A stretch of DNA of 64,000 nt from a virus: positions 29,247-93,246 of IMG/VR virus record IMGVR_UViG_3300020045_020105; one strand, written 5' to 3'. The translations under genes were made by a program, and so were the position numbers. The notes under the pieces were generated by a model, which saw only the letters and a list, made by a program, of their open reading frames with translations, did not search any database and had not been told where the DNA came from. How positions within the stretch are numbered: position 1 is the first letter of the stretch; every line of letters begins with the position of its first letter. This document shows positions 38,037-48,078 of this stretch, in pieces.

Positions 38037-38547
38037 AGAAGATATATTAAAAAAGAATCTGGAGAAAAGTTTAACGACTACTTCAGGAGCTGCCCTTAAA
38101 AGAGAAGATCTTGAAGGAGCACCAAAATTGTGTAAAGGTGGAGATGAAGATGATACAGATAAAAGTGTTGTTTGTGTTATTTTTAAAGGAAATGAAGTAC
38201 TTGTAGGTAAATCTTTACATGAAGACGACAGAAAAGGTTTATGGGTATTTGTCGGTGGAAGTGTTAAAGAAGAAGAAACTTTGACAGATGCTTTTAATAG
38301 AGAATTACTTGAAGAAGCAGGAATACAAGCTACTCCAACAGGCAGAGTAATTTCAAATGAAGATATGCCCAATTTATTCTTTATTGAAGGGGATTTAAAG
38401 GGTACCGATTCAGAAATGAAACCAAATCCAGAATTTGAAGAGTTACAATGGATGGAGCCTTACGATTTATTTGGTAAAACATTGAAGAGTAATGAAAAAA
38501 TATTAACTCGTTTAAGTAGAACAAGACGAAATTTAAATAAAAAATAA
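38017..38547 (+). CDS. Nudix hydrolase with a capsid-like N-terminal leader
   Basis: Nudix box GGSVKEEETLTDAFNRELLEEAGI. Confidence 0.88.
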   Translation: MDLLVNREDILKKNLEKSLTTTSGAALKREDLEGAPKLCKGGDEDDTDKSVVCVIFKGNEVLVGKSLHEDDRKGLWVFVGGSVKEEETLTDAFNRELLEEAGIQATPTGRVISNEDMPNLFFIEGDLKGTDSEMKPNPEFEELQWMEPYDLFGKTLKSNEKILTRLSRTRRNLNKK

Positions 38548-38549
38548 AT

Positions 38550-38828
38550 ATGAAAATGAGCGAAACATTTGCTGGATTAAGCTATGATAATCTAGCAGCT
38601 TTAGTTCCTTCTGGAAGTGGAGCAGGAATAAATATTATAAGACTTGTCGGAAATGATGGAGTAGATTATCCTGCTCCTGCTGATTTAGATATTTCTGGTC
38701 CTTTAGCAGCTTGGAATCCATTAGATTCAGAAGTTTCTGCTTTGAATGTAGCAGGAGTAGATACTATAAGATTTGTAGTAGCTCCTCTTGTAGGAGATTT
38801 CCCATTAATAATCTATACTAAGAAATAA
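38550..38828 (+). CDS. hypothetical structural or adaptor protein
   Basis: ORF track; beta-rich composition. Confidence 0.55.
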   Translation: MKMSETFAGLSYDNLAALVPSGSGAGINIIRLVGNDGVDYPAPADLDISGPLAAWNPLDSEVSALNVAGVDTIRFVVAPLVGDFPLIIYTKK

Positions 38829-38832
38829 AAAT

Positions 38833-39726
38833 ATGAAAAAATCAATTTTGATAACTTGCTCATTAGGAATTATCTTAATATCAGCAGTTACTAGTTTAAA
38901 GTGGAGACAGATTTCAGATGCAACTCCAACGGTAACAGAAATTAACTTTGTAGACGGAGTAACCTCCCCAATTCAAGCGCAATTAAATTCAAAAGTTGCT
39001 ACTATTGATTTGGTTAATCCTTGGCCTGCCATTAGAGATACTATTACAGCAAGGTTTGATAACACATCATTGACAGGCATTCCAACCGCACCAACAGCAG
39101 TAGCAGGAACAAATAACGCTCAGGTTGCTAATACAGAAAGTGTTATTTCTAACTTAAAAGCAAGATTTGATCTATTAAAAAAATTAGGAAGTGATATAGT
39201 TGGCATCCCAGTTGCTCCAGAATTTACAAATACATCTTCATCTGCGTTAATTGATAATGTTAGAATGGAAGTTTTAGTGTATGTTCCTAATGCATGTACC
39301 ATTCACGGAATTAGATTCGTTATGGCTGTTGCTGGAAATTATACGCCAGACAATTATAACGGAATAGGACTAAGTACTCTAAGTGGAATTAATATACATT
39401 TGGTGGCGAGTACTACCAATGATACTGCCGATCCTAATATGTTTGAGGCTACTGCGAATACTATTGTTACATCAACATTTTCTTCGTCTTATTCTGCCGC
39501 TGCTGGATTCTATATTGTTACTTTTTTATACAATAGTTCAGCCCAGACAACAGCACCATCAATTATAGGAGCCAATACACCACAAAGCGCAATGTACTCA
39601 AAGACTTTTTTTGGAACCAGTGTTAATATGGCCGCTTCAAAAACAGCATCAAGCACTATTCCGTCTGACACGGATACAAATACGTCTGTTACTAATGGGT
39701 CGTGTCCTTACTTACTAATTTTTTAA
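38833..39726 (+). CDS. fibre-like protein with signal peptide
   Basis: MKKSILITCSLGIILISA leader; EINFVDGVTSPIQAQLN and LTGIPTAPTAVAGTNNAQVANT phage fibre motifs. Confidence 0.7.
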   Translation: MKKSILITCSLGIILISAVTSLKWRQISDATPTVTEINFVDGVTSPIQAQLNSKVATIDLVNPWPAIRDTITARFDNTSLTGIPTAPTAVAGTNNAQVANTESVISNLKARFDLLKKLGSDIVGIPVAPEFTNTSSSALIDNVRMEVLVYVPNACTIHGIRFVMAVAGNYTPDNYNGIGLSTLSGINIHLVASTTNDTADPNMFEATANTIVTSTFSSSYSAAAGFYIVTFLYNSSAQTTAPSIIGANTPQSAMYSKTFFGTSVNMAASKTASSTIPSDTDTNTSVTNGSCPYLLIF

Positions 39727-39729
39727 ACC

Positions 39730-42700
39730 ATGAAAAGGATATTATTCTTTATTGCCTTACTTATTTCAATCTCAGTAAATGCAACGGTTTATCACGTCGG
39801 AATGGGTGGGGATTTTACAACATTGGCTCAGGTAAACGCTCATGCTTTTGTTGCAGGAGACCAAATATTATTTCAACGTGGTAGCACCTTTTATGGCTCA
39901 TTAACTGTTAAAAACTCCGGAACATATGGGAACCCTATTGCTTTTGGTGCTTATGGCACAGGAGATAACCCGGTAATAACTGGCTTTACCACTATCACAG
40001 AATGGGCAAACGAAGGCGGTGGTATTTATTCTAAAGTCATTACTTCAGAATCAGCAACGAATATGGTTACCGTGGATGGAGTACAATATGCAATGGGTCG
40101 TTATCCTAGTACTGGATTCTTGTCCTATGAAGATTGTAATGCTAATATTTCAATAACAGACAATCAATTAGGTGATGCGATAAACTGGACTGGAGCAGAA
40201 GCTGTCATAAAAAAGAACGGTTATAATATTGATAGGTGTTTGATAACTAATCACACTGGAAATGTTTTAACCTATACAAATTTAGGCGGTACAGGAAATG
40301 GGACGGCAGGATATGGTTATTTTATCCAAAATGATTTAAGGACTTTAGATCAATTTGGTGAGTGGTATCACGACACTGCAACCGGAAAGTTTTATATGTA
40401 TTTTGGTGTTGTTAATCCTGCAACTAAAATTATTAAGGCGGCAACTTTAAATAGAGTAGTCGCAAATACAGCTGGGTATGACTATATAATAGTTGACGGT
40501 ATAACTGCAACAGGTTCAATTTTTTCAACCATTGATTTTCTATCAAGTACTGACAATTGCTCAATTATAAACTGTTCGGTTTATTTTTCTGGACTTGATG
40601 GTATTCGAATAACGGGATCATCTGGATTAATTGATTCTAATGTTGTAAATAACTGTAATGTTGGTGGTATTGCCATTGGTGCGTCTGGTGCTACTAATAA
40701 TACAGTGACTAATAATTTGATCAGTAATTGCAATCTTCTTGATGGTCAAAAAAATAAAAATACGGTTGGGTTTTCGTTTCCTTGCGGTATTTTAGCTGCT
40801 TATGGAGGAACTAACATTCAATATAATAGAATTGAGAATGTTGGGTACAATGGAATGCATGTAGGAGGAAATAACTCAACAATAAAAAATAATTACATAT
40901 ACAATTCAGTCTCAAGACTTGATGATGGTGGGGCAATATATACAAATTCCAACCATACTAATTTTGTTATCGATGGTAATATTATTATCAATACAGTTGG
41001 ATATATAGGTGGTACTCCATTGACTTCAGTAAATGCAGAGGGTATATATTTAGATGAATTATGTAATGGGGTTACCGTACAAAACAATTCTATTGTGAGT
41101 TGTTCGGGTGCTGGAATAAAACTACATAAAGCTCATAACAACATCATACTAAATAACACCTGTTTTGATAATGGGATGGGATTGTATTTACTAAATTTTA
41201 CTACTAATTCAGAGTTATATGGAAATACTATTAGTGGAAATAAATTTATTGCTAAAACTGCTTTGCAGATACCGCTAAAATACAGGAGTTCGACTGACGA
41301 AATCGCAACATTCGGAACTACCGACAATAATATATACGCACGACCAATTGATGATACAGCTCCTATATACGCATATCAACCATCGCTTAGTTCTGCTCAA
41401 AACTATTCAGTGTCACAATGGAAAACATTTAGTTCCCTTGATGCAAGTTCATTGGGTTCTCCAAGGACTATATCTAATGTCGATGAGCTTCAATTTGAGT
41501 ATAACGATACCAAATCAGCCAAATCAGTCACTTTAAGTCAGCCAATGGTTGACATGGCAGGTGTAAAGTGTTCAGTAACAGTAACGCTACAACCATTTAC
41601 GTCCTTGGTTCTCATTCCGGCAGCAGCTTACTACGTGAGTTCAGTAGGCAATGATTCAAACGACGGATTAACGCCTGAAACGGCGTGGGAAACGATAGAT
41701 AAAGTTAATTCCACAACATTTTCAGCAGGTGATAATGTTTTATTCAAACGTGGCGATTCGTTTTACGGAACGATTACGGTAAATAGTGCTGGTTCGGAAT
41801 CAAATCCAATTACTTACGGAGCTTATGGCAGTGGAAATAAGCCAATCATAACGGGTTTTACTTCTATAACAGGATGGACTAACGAAGAAAACGGTATTTA
41901 TTCAAAAGTAATAACATCTTCTTCAAATACAAATATGGTTACCGTTGATGGTGTAAATATGCTTATGGGTCGGTATCCAAATACCGGATATTTGAGTTTT
42001 GAAACAGCATCTACCAACGTTTCAATTACAGATAATCAATTGATAGGTACACCAAATTGGACGGGAGCTGAGGTTGTAATTAGAAAGAACGACTGGACAC
42101 TTGACAGGTGTACAATTACCAATCACTCTACAACAACAATAATATATACTAGTCAAGGCTCAACTCAGAACGCAACCGCTGGATATGGTTATTTTATTCA
42201 GAATGATTTAAGGACTTTAGATCAGCTTGGAGAATGGTATCACGACACAACAACTGGAAAATTTTACATGTATTTTGGCGCAGTTAATCCTACAACAAAA
42301 ACGGTTAAAGTTGCCTCAATTGATAACCTATTTTATAATTCGTCTTGGATGGCAGAATACATTATTGTAGATGGATTAAATTTTCAGGGAAGCATTAAGA
42401 GTGCTTTTAATTTTCCTCAATGGTATACAGCGCATAATACTATTCAGAATTGTGATATTTTATTTGCAGGAGTAGATGGTATTAGTTGCGAATCTCCTTA
42501 TCTAAGTGTTCTGAATAATACTATTTCGGACTGTGCTAATAAAGGAATTTATACTAACCAAACTAATGAGATAATTACTGGAAATACTATATCAAAGATA
42601 GGATTAGTAGTTGGTCAGAGTATGACAGGCATAACCTCAGGGATTAGTTGTGGAAATGGAAATACTATTTTAATCCAAAACAACAATGTTCAAAATACGG

Positions 42701-43548
42701 GTTATAATGGTATATCGATAGGTTCATATAGCTCAAATTCTAGTACGATTAAAAACAATTACATAAACAACTTCGGGTTAAACCTTAATGATGGTGGTGG
42801 TATTTACACAACAGGATCGCACACATCTCTATTGATTGATGGCAATATTATTTTAAATGCGACAGGAAATTATCAGGGAACAATCGGAACCTCACTAACA
42901 TTTGAAGGTATTTATCTAGACGAATTTGCAAGTGGGATAACTGTTTCGAATAATACAATTGCAAATTGCAGCCATGATGGTATCAAATTGCACAAGTCAA
43001 GCAACTGTACATTGACAGGAAATACCATTTATAACAATGCAAATGGTATTGATTATCTAAATTCGGCAAACACATCTGTAATTACAGGGCATATATTATC
43101 TAATAATACAATTATTGCTAAAACAACCACTCAGATATGTTTGTCCCTGCAATGCTATTTTATTAATGATATTTTAAATTTTGACATTACGGCCAATAAT
43201 AATTACTATGCACGACCAATTTTAGATACAAATACATTTTTAGCGGCTCAACCTTCAAATTGGGGCAATTATATGACTTTAGAACAATGGAAAGTTTATA
43301 AGTCTCAGGATGCAAACTCTAAAAAATCGCCTCAGACCATTACATCTGAATCTGATTTGCAGTTCGAATATAATGCCACTTCGACGCCAAGAACTATCGT
43401 TCCTAATTGGGCTTCAATAGATGTTACTGGAAGAGATTATCGTGCGCCATTTATTTTACAACCTTATGAGTCATTGATTTTAATCAAAGACTATACGCCA
43501 TCTATTTATGTCCCTTATGGTGTAAATGGTAAATTATGGAAATTTTAA
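39730..43548 (+). CDS. signal-peptide-bearing, internally duplicated right-handed beta-helix (pectin lyase-like / depolymerase-like) protein
   Basis: MKRILFFIALLISISVNA|T; two ~620-aa units, each with GD..LF.RG..FYG, PI.FGAYG.G..P.I.G, DGG.IYT, GIYLDE. Confidence 0.85.
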   Translation: MKRILFFIALLISISVNATVYHVGMGGDFTTLAQVNAHAFVAGDQILFQRGSTFYGSLTVKNSGTYGNPIAFGAYGTGDNPVITGFTTITEWANEGGGIYSKVITSESATNMVTVDGVQYAMGRYPSTGFLSYEDCNANISITDNQLGDAINWTGAEAVIKKNGYNIDRCLITNHTGNVLTYTNLGGTGNGTAGYGYFIQNDLRTLDQFGEWYHDTATGKFYMYFGVVNPATKIIKAATLNRVVANTAGYDYIIVDGITATGSIFSTIDFLSSTDNCSIINCSVYFSGLDGIRITGSSGLIDSNVVNNCNVGGIAIGASGATNNTVTNNLISNCNLLDGQKNKNTVGFSFPCGILAAYGGTNIQYNRIENVGYNGMHVGGNNSTIKNNYIYNSVSRLDDGGAIYTNSNHTNFVIDGNIIINTVGYIGGTPLTSVNAEGIYLDELCNGVTVQNNSIVSCSGAGIKLHKAHNNIILNNTCFDNGMGLYLLNFTTNSELYGNTISGNKFIAKTALQIPLKYRSSTDEIATFGTTDNNIYARPIDDTAPIYAYQPSLSSAQNYSVSQWKTFSSLDASSLGSPRTISNVDELQFEYNDTKSAKSVTLSQPMVDMAGVKCSVTVTLQPFTSLVLIPAAAYYVSSVGNDSNDGLTPETAWETIDKVNSTTFSAGDNVLFKRGDSFYGTITVNSAGSESNPITYGAYGSGNKPIITGFTSITGWTNEENGIYSKVITSSSNTNMVTVDGVNMLMGRYPNTGYLSFETASTNVSITDNQLIGTPNWTGAEVVIRKNDWTLDRCTITNHSTTTIIYTSQGSTQNATAGYGYFIQNDLRTLDQLGEWYHDTTTGKFYMYFGAVNPTTKTVKVASIDNLFYNSSWMAEYIIVDGLNFQGSIKSAFNFPQWYTAHNTIQNCDILFAGVDGISCESPYLSVLNNTISDCANKGIYTNQTNEIITGNTISKIGLVVGQSMTGITSGISCGNGNTILIQNNNVQNTGYNGISIGSYSSNSSTIKNNYINNFGLNLNDGGGIYTTGSHTSLLIDGNIILNATGNYQGTIGTSLTFEGIYLDEFASGITVSNNTIANCSHDGIKLHKSSNCTLTGNTIYNNANGIDYLNSANTSVITGHILSNNTIIAKTTTQICLSLQCYFINDILNFDITANNNYYARPILDTNTFLAAQPSNWGNYMTLEQWKVYKSQDANSKKSPQTITSESDLQFEYNATSTPRTIVPNWASIDVTGRDYRAPFILQPYESLILIKDYTPSIYVPYGVNGKLWKF

Positions 43549-43566
43549 TTCAATATCTATTATAAA

Positions 43567-44502
43567 ATGATATTTACCCCAAATCAAATAAATGAACTTC
43601 TTACTATAATAGATAGATTTACTTTATATTTCATAGTATCAAATATAGGGGTAGAATCCCTTACAACTGAAGATAAAGTAGAACTCACTAATTTTGGAGT
43701 AGATTGGAAATTATTCTTAGGTAAAGAATCCCAACTTAAACAAATGTTTAGAATGGGGATTCTTTCAGGTATTTTAGGACATGAAGCAACAAAGCAACTT
43801 GAGTTTAGTGATTTTAAAAAATATATAGAAAGAGGTCAGTTTCTTCCAATGACAAATGCAGAGGAAGAAGCATTTAAATTAATAGAACACCAAGCTTATT
43901 TTGACACAAAAAAACAAGGAAATCGAGTAAAAGAAGTCCTTACCAATACACATTTAGGAGTCTCAAATAAATATCGAGTAGAATTTGAATCTCAAGTACT
44001 TACGGCTGCTCAAAAGAATCTAAAACAAAGAGAATCTATTACTGAAATGGTTTTAGATTTAGGCAATAAGACAGGAGATTGGTCTCGAGACTTTCTAAGA
44101 ATTTCTGATTATGTAATGCATACTGCTTTTGAAGAAGGTAAAGCTGCTTCTTTTAAAAGCTTAGAAAACCCAGATCCTCTTGTTTATAAAGATGTTTTTG
44201 GGGGTGCTTGTAGGCATTGCATCAAAGCTTATTTGAGCGGTGGATTAGGAAGCAAACCAAGAGTATTTCGCTTATCTGAGTTACTTGCAAACGGCACAAA
44301 TATAGGAAGAAAACAAGCAGAGTGGAAGCCAGTAGTAGGTAGTCAACATCCTTACTGTCGTTGTTCACTCAGAACTCTTCCTTTAAACTATGATTGGAGT
44401 GAAGAAACAAGATCTTTTTCACTGGTGACTCACTATCAACGTAAAGTAGAAAGACAAAGTAAGGTTAAGATAGTAATTGGAGATAAAGTTTTCGAACGCT
44501 AA
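43567..44502 (+). CDS. head morphogenesis protein (Mu gpF/SPP1 gp7-like)
   Basis: W.RD..RI, AC.HC, HPYCRC. Confidence 0.8.
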   Translation: MIFTPNQINELLTIIDRFTLYFIVSNIGVESLTTEDKVELTNFGVDWKLFLGKESQLKQMFRMGILSGILGHEATKQLEFSDFKKYIERGQFLPMTNAEEEAFKLIEHQAYFDTKKQGNRVKEVLTNTHLGVSNKYRVEFESQVLTAAQKNLKQRESITEMVLDLGNKTGDWSRDFLRISDYVMHTAFEEGKAASFKSLENPDPLVYKDVFGGACRHCIKAYLSGGLGSKPRVFRLSELLANGTNIGRKQAEWKPVVGSQHPYCRCSLRTLPLNYDWSEETRSFSLVTHYQRKVERQSKVKIVIGDKVFER

Positions 44503-44513
44503 TATATAGAGAT

Positions 44514-45233
44514 ATGATAACAATTAAAAATAATAAATTTGGCTATTTTATGCCAATGACCCTGGAAAAAGCTCAAAAGGGAGCAGCTAAAAGTGAGTTC
44601 AAAATGATTGTTGGCGGTTGTATGTCAACAAATGAAGAAGATACAGATGGACAATTTCTTGAACCAAGTGGAGCTGATTTTGGTCCTCTCTTAAAGAGTG
44701 GTTTTATAAATTGGCATCACTTAGCAAAACAAGACCCAGATGCTATTATTGGTTTACCTTTAGAGGCTTATGTAAAGGGAAATAAGGCATTTATTAAAGC
44801 ACTTCTTCACAGTGACTCTGAACTCGCCAAAAAAGTATATAATCTCCAAATGAGATTGATGAAAGCAGGTGGACAAAGAACTCTAGGATGGAGTTTAGAA
44901 GGTGATGTACTGGAAAAAGACCCATTAAACCCAAAAAGAATCACCAAGTATACTGTAACTCATGTAGCAATCACTCCAATCCCTAAAAACGGTGGTACTT
45001 ATATGGAGATTCTGCAAAAAGGGGGAGATTCAAATGAACTACTACAACTTTCAGATTCATTATATTGTGAAATATCTAATAAAGATATAGTTTATAAAGA
45101 TACCAATACAATGTCTTTTGAAAAGGCAGTTGTAACTCTACACCAAGCAGCTATTCAAGGTTTATTGAGTGAAGCTCAAATATTAATTATAGAAGCACAA
45201 TTGCGTGAGGGAAAATTTAAGAATTTCAAATAA
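44514..45233 (+). CDS. prohead protease
   Basis: ST.EED.DGQ, GFINWHH, IIG.P, LGWSLEG, VAIT..PKN. Confidence 0.88.
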   Translation: MITIKNNKFGYFMPMTLEKAQKGAAKSEFKMIVGGCMSTNEEDTDGQFLEPSGADFGPLLKSGFINWHHLAKQDPDAIIGLPLEAYVKGNKAFIKALLHSDSELAKKVYNLQMRLMKAGGQRTLGWSLEGDVLEKDPLNPKRITKYTVTHVAITPIPKNGGTYMEILQKGGDSNELLQLSDSLYCEISNKDIVYKDTNTMSFEKAVVTLHQAAIQGLLSEAQILIIEAQLREGKFKNFK

Positions 45234-45249
45234 AGATTTTTGAAATTTC

Positions 45250-45280
45250 TTGGAGAATCCTAGGATTCACAATATATTTG
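45250..45280 (+). promoter_or_regulatory. class II promoter with perfect palindrome GAATCCTAGGATTC
   Basis: TTGGAGAATCCTAGGATTCACAATATATTTG upstream of the scaffold and capsid genes. Confidence 0.85.
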
Positions 45281-45327
45281 CTGAGTAATTCAAAACAGGT
45301 ATTTATCACACTGTTAAAACAATAATT

Positions 45328-45960
45328 ATGAGTGTTATTCCAACAAAAGAACAAGTTAATAGTGCCCTAGCCTTTTTCCACCTAGGACAAAGAAAAACAG
45401 AGAATCCATTTTCTACTTCAAATAAGTCTTCTTTTGAGAAATCCAAGGATAGTAATATCCTTGGTACTCTCAATGAAGAAAAAGCACTGGAACATTTTGA
45501 AAAAGCACAAGAATTGTTTGAAAAAGCAGAAGAAATTCTAACTTTATTTGGTTCATTAAAAGATCAAGGAGTTGCCTTTAAAGAACAAATTGAGTCTTTT
45601 AATGCTGAAAAAGAATCATTTGCAAAAGCAATGGGTAATCTTGGTGAACTTCAAGCTTCTTTTGAACATTTAACCAAAGATGTAGAAAAAATCAGCAATA
45701 CCCCAAAACCTCGCAAATCATTCACCAATATTGAAGAAGTAGAGCGTTTTGAAAAATCAAAAGGTGGAGAAGGTACCACATTATCTATTTCACAACACAA
45801 AGCACAAATTAGCGATATCTTATTCGCTGGTTCTTTAGAGAAAGGTGGTAAAGGTGATCCTATTCTTATGAATGCCGTTATGCAACTTGAAGGAGCAAAT
45901 TCACTTCCTATCGAAGCTCTAAAATTCTTGAGTACAAAGAAAATAAACATAGTTCAGTAA
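45328..45960 (+). CDS. putative scaffold protein
   Basis: between protease and capsid; repeated FEKS/FEKA and P..RKS motifs. Confidence 0.65.
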   Translation: MSVIPTKEQVNSALAFFHLGQRKTENPFSTSNKSSFEKSKDSNILGTLNEEKALEHFEKAQELFEKAEEILTLFGSLKDQGVAFKEQIESFNAEKESFAKAMGNLGELQASFEHLTKDVEKISNTPKPRKSFTNIEEVERFEKSKGGEGTTLSISQHKAQISDILFAGSLEKGGKGDPILMNAVMQLEGANSLPIEALKFLSTKKINIVQ

Positions 45961-45981
45961 AAACACATAAATTCGATAACA

Positions 45982-47487
45982 ATGAACAATCTAAGCATCA
46001 GCCTTGCCGATTACGGTGTAAATGGACCTGGTCAAATGTCTGTTGGCGATCTGGAGACTTTACAAAAATCTTTGGAAGCTACCCATTTAACTGGTAGAGA
46101 CACCACGAACCTCACGAACGCTTCCGGAGCTCCTCTTAAAGTAGAATCATTAGAAAATACCCTAAAGATCCTTACCTTCAAAGAACAGGATATCCAATTC
46201 TGGAAAAGAATCCCTAAATTACCTGCCTACAATACCGTAGAAGAATTCAACGAATTATCTGAATACGGCCAAACAGGTGGTGGTTTTACCGATGAAGGTG
46301 AATTACCAGCAGAAGATAGCTCGGTTTACACAAGACGTGCGCAATACGTGAAATACATGGGTAAAACCCGCAGTGTTTCTCATCCAATGCAGCTCGTTAC
46401 TACCATGATCGGTAATATTATTCAGCAGGAAATTAACAACGGTACCTTGGCTCTGTTGCGCGATGCTGATGAAGCTTTATTCTTTGCAGACGAATTGATC
46501 GTTCCTCAGGAATGGAATGGTTTAATGACTCAGCACAAAAATGCCTTTACTTCTTTGGATTTATGGCAAGGGTCAGAACAAGTTATCGATGCAAGAGGTC
46601 AGTCTCTTTCAGAAGGTATGGTAGAGCAAGCTGCTCTTACTTGTGTTGACAATTTCGCTGCTCCGGATTTCTTGATGGCTCCACCTCAGGTTTTATCTAC
46701 CTTTGCAACTTCGTTCCACGAAAGCAAATTGATTCAACCAGGTATCGGTAATATCGATGCTGTTGTAGGTCAGAGAAACAAATCATTTATGTCTCAGTTT
46801 GGACCTCTTGAAATGACTTACGACAAGTTCTACAAGAAATCACGTCCAAAAATGATGGCTGCCGCTGCTTCAAATCAGAACGCTCCGACTGCTCCAACCG
46901 CTGATGCTGCTATTCCAAAAGTAGCTGCTGCTGAAGCTGGCGCTTATAAATTTGTAGGTGCTGAAGCTGGAGATTATTTCTACGCTGTTTCTGCTATCAA
47001 CAAATATGGCGAATCTGTTTTGGTTGACCTTTCAACTGCCGGTTTACCTGCTGCTTTAGTTACTGTTGCTATTGGCGATTCTGTTTCTTTGAAATGGGCT
47101 GCCGGTGCTGGTGGTACTACTGTTACAGGTTACAAAATCTACCGTAGTCGCAAAAACCCAACTACTGCACTTGCCGATACTCCAATGTATCCAATTGCTC
47201 GTATCTCGGTTGCTGAAAAAGCTGCAGGTTTTGACGGTGCTGCTGCCGGTCTTGCAAAAGATAAAAACAGAGTTCTCCCAGGTTGTGATGAAGCTTTCGT
47301 ATGTCAGAATGATATCGAAGTTTACAGTTTCAAACAGCTTGCTCCTCTTATGAAAATGGACCTTGCCACATTGGCTCCTGCAACTCGTTTTATGCTGTTG
47401 TTATACGGTACTCCAATGCTGTATGCTCGCAAGAAAATGGTTCGCATCATCAATGTTGGGCCAGTTTATGGTCAAGCATATTTGTAG
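45982..47487 (+). CDS. major capsid protein (Herelleviridae-like)
   Basis: KSL...SGAPLKVESLE..LK.LT, F..EG.LP....S...R, QLAPLMKMDLA......F..LLYG. Confidence 0.93.
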   Translation: MNNLSISLADYGVNGPGQMSVGDLETLQKSLEATHLTGRDTTNLTNASGAPLKVESLENTLKILTFKEQDIQFWKRIPKLPAYNTVEEFNELSEYGQTGGGFTDEGELPAEDSSVYTRRAQYVKYMGKTRSVSHPMQLVTTMIGNIIQQEINNGTLALLRDADEALFFADELIVPQEWNGLMTQHKNAFTSLDLWQGSEQVIDARGQSLSEGMVEQAALTCVDNFAAPDFLMAPPQVLSTFATSFHESKLIQPGIGNIDAVVGQRNKSFMSQFGPLEMTYDKFYKKSRPKMMAAAASNQNAPTAPTADAAIPKVAAAEAGAYKFVGAEAGDYFYAVSAINKYGESVLVDLSTAGLPAALVTVAIGDSVSLKWAAGAGGTTVTGYKIYRSRKNPTTALADTPMYPIARISVAEKAAGFDGAAAGLAKDKNRVLPGCDEAFVCQNDIEVYSFKQLAPLMKMDLATLAPATRFMLLLYGTPMLYARKKMVRIINVGPVYGQAYL

Positions 47488-47506
47488 AAATACCTCTATA
47501 TCTATT

Positions 47507-47536
47507 AAAAGGCCCGCCCTCAAGGGTGGGCCTTTT
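47507..47536 (+). terminator. intrinsic terminator after the capsid gene
   Basis: AAAAGGCCCGCCC-TCAA-GGGTGGGCCTTTT. Confidence 0.9.
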
Positions 47537-47571
47537 CTATTATACTGTGTTTAATTCTCCAATTATACAAT

Positions 47572-48060
47572 ATGCTACAACCTAAAAAAATTTCTGCTCA
47601 ATCAGATGATTTTAGACTTTATTTAGAAGAGAAATTTCGGAACCTACACGAAAAACTTGAAGATATATCTGTAAAACAAGAAAATACGGATTTGAGTCTT
47701 AAAGAATTAACCCACTTTATGGACACAAGTAAAATCCAAAATTCTCTTAAATGTTTTACTTGTGATAATTCTGGTAGAATAAAAGGTTTAGAAGATAAAC
47801 TTCAAGAAATATCTTTTTTTAAGGCTCACTGGAAAACATTTGCTATTTCAGGTGCAGTAAGCATAGTAGGATTATTTGTTGGGGTAACAGAGACTAAAAA
47901 AGTAGCAGAAAATTTTCTCCAACAATTTATTTCTGCTCAAAAAACAGAAATTCAAAAGGAAATACAACCAGTCAAAAAAATGGGACTTGAAAATAGAGCG
48001 AAGATTTATGAAAATAAGTCTGAGTACTATAGAGATAAAACAGAAGAAGAAATTAAGTAG
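47572..48060 (+). CDS. single-TM coiled-coil protein (holin-like candidate)
   Basis: TFAISGAVSIVGLFVGV transmembrane segment. Confidence 0.45.
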   Translation: MLQPKKISAQSDDFRLYLEEKFRNLHEKLEDISVKQENTDLSLKELTHFMDTSKIQNSLKCFTCDNSGRIKGLEDKLQEISFFKAHWKTFAISGAVSIVGLFVGVTETKKVAENFLQQFISAQKTEIQKEIQPVKKMGLENRAKIYENKSEYYRDKTEEEIK

Positions 48061-48078
48061 AAATTTAAATTATTTATT

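Noticed and set aside
39730-43548. diversity-generating retroelement template/variable repeat pair
   Set aside because: both repeats are in-frame coding, differences are mostly synonymous rather than adenine-specific, and no reverse transcriptase is present in the window
46860-47260. Ig/FN3-like insertion in the major capsid protein as a novelty
   Set aside because: a comparable insertion domain is normal in Herelleviridae-type capsid proteins
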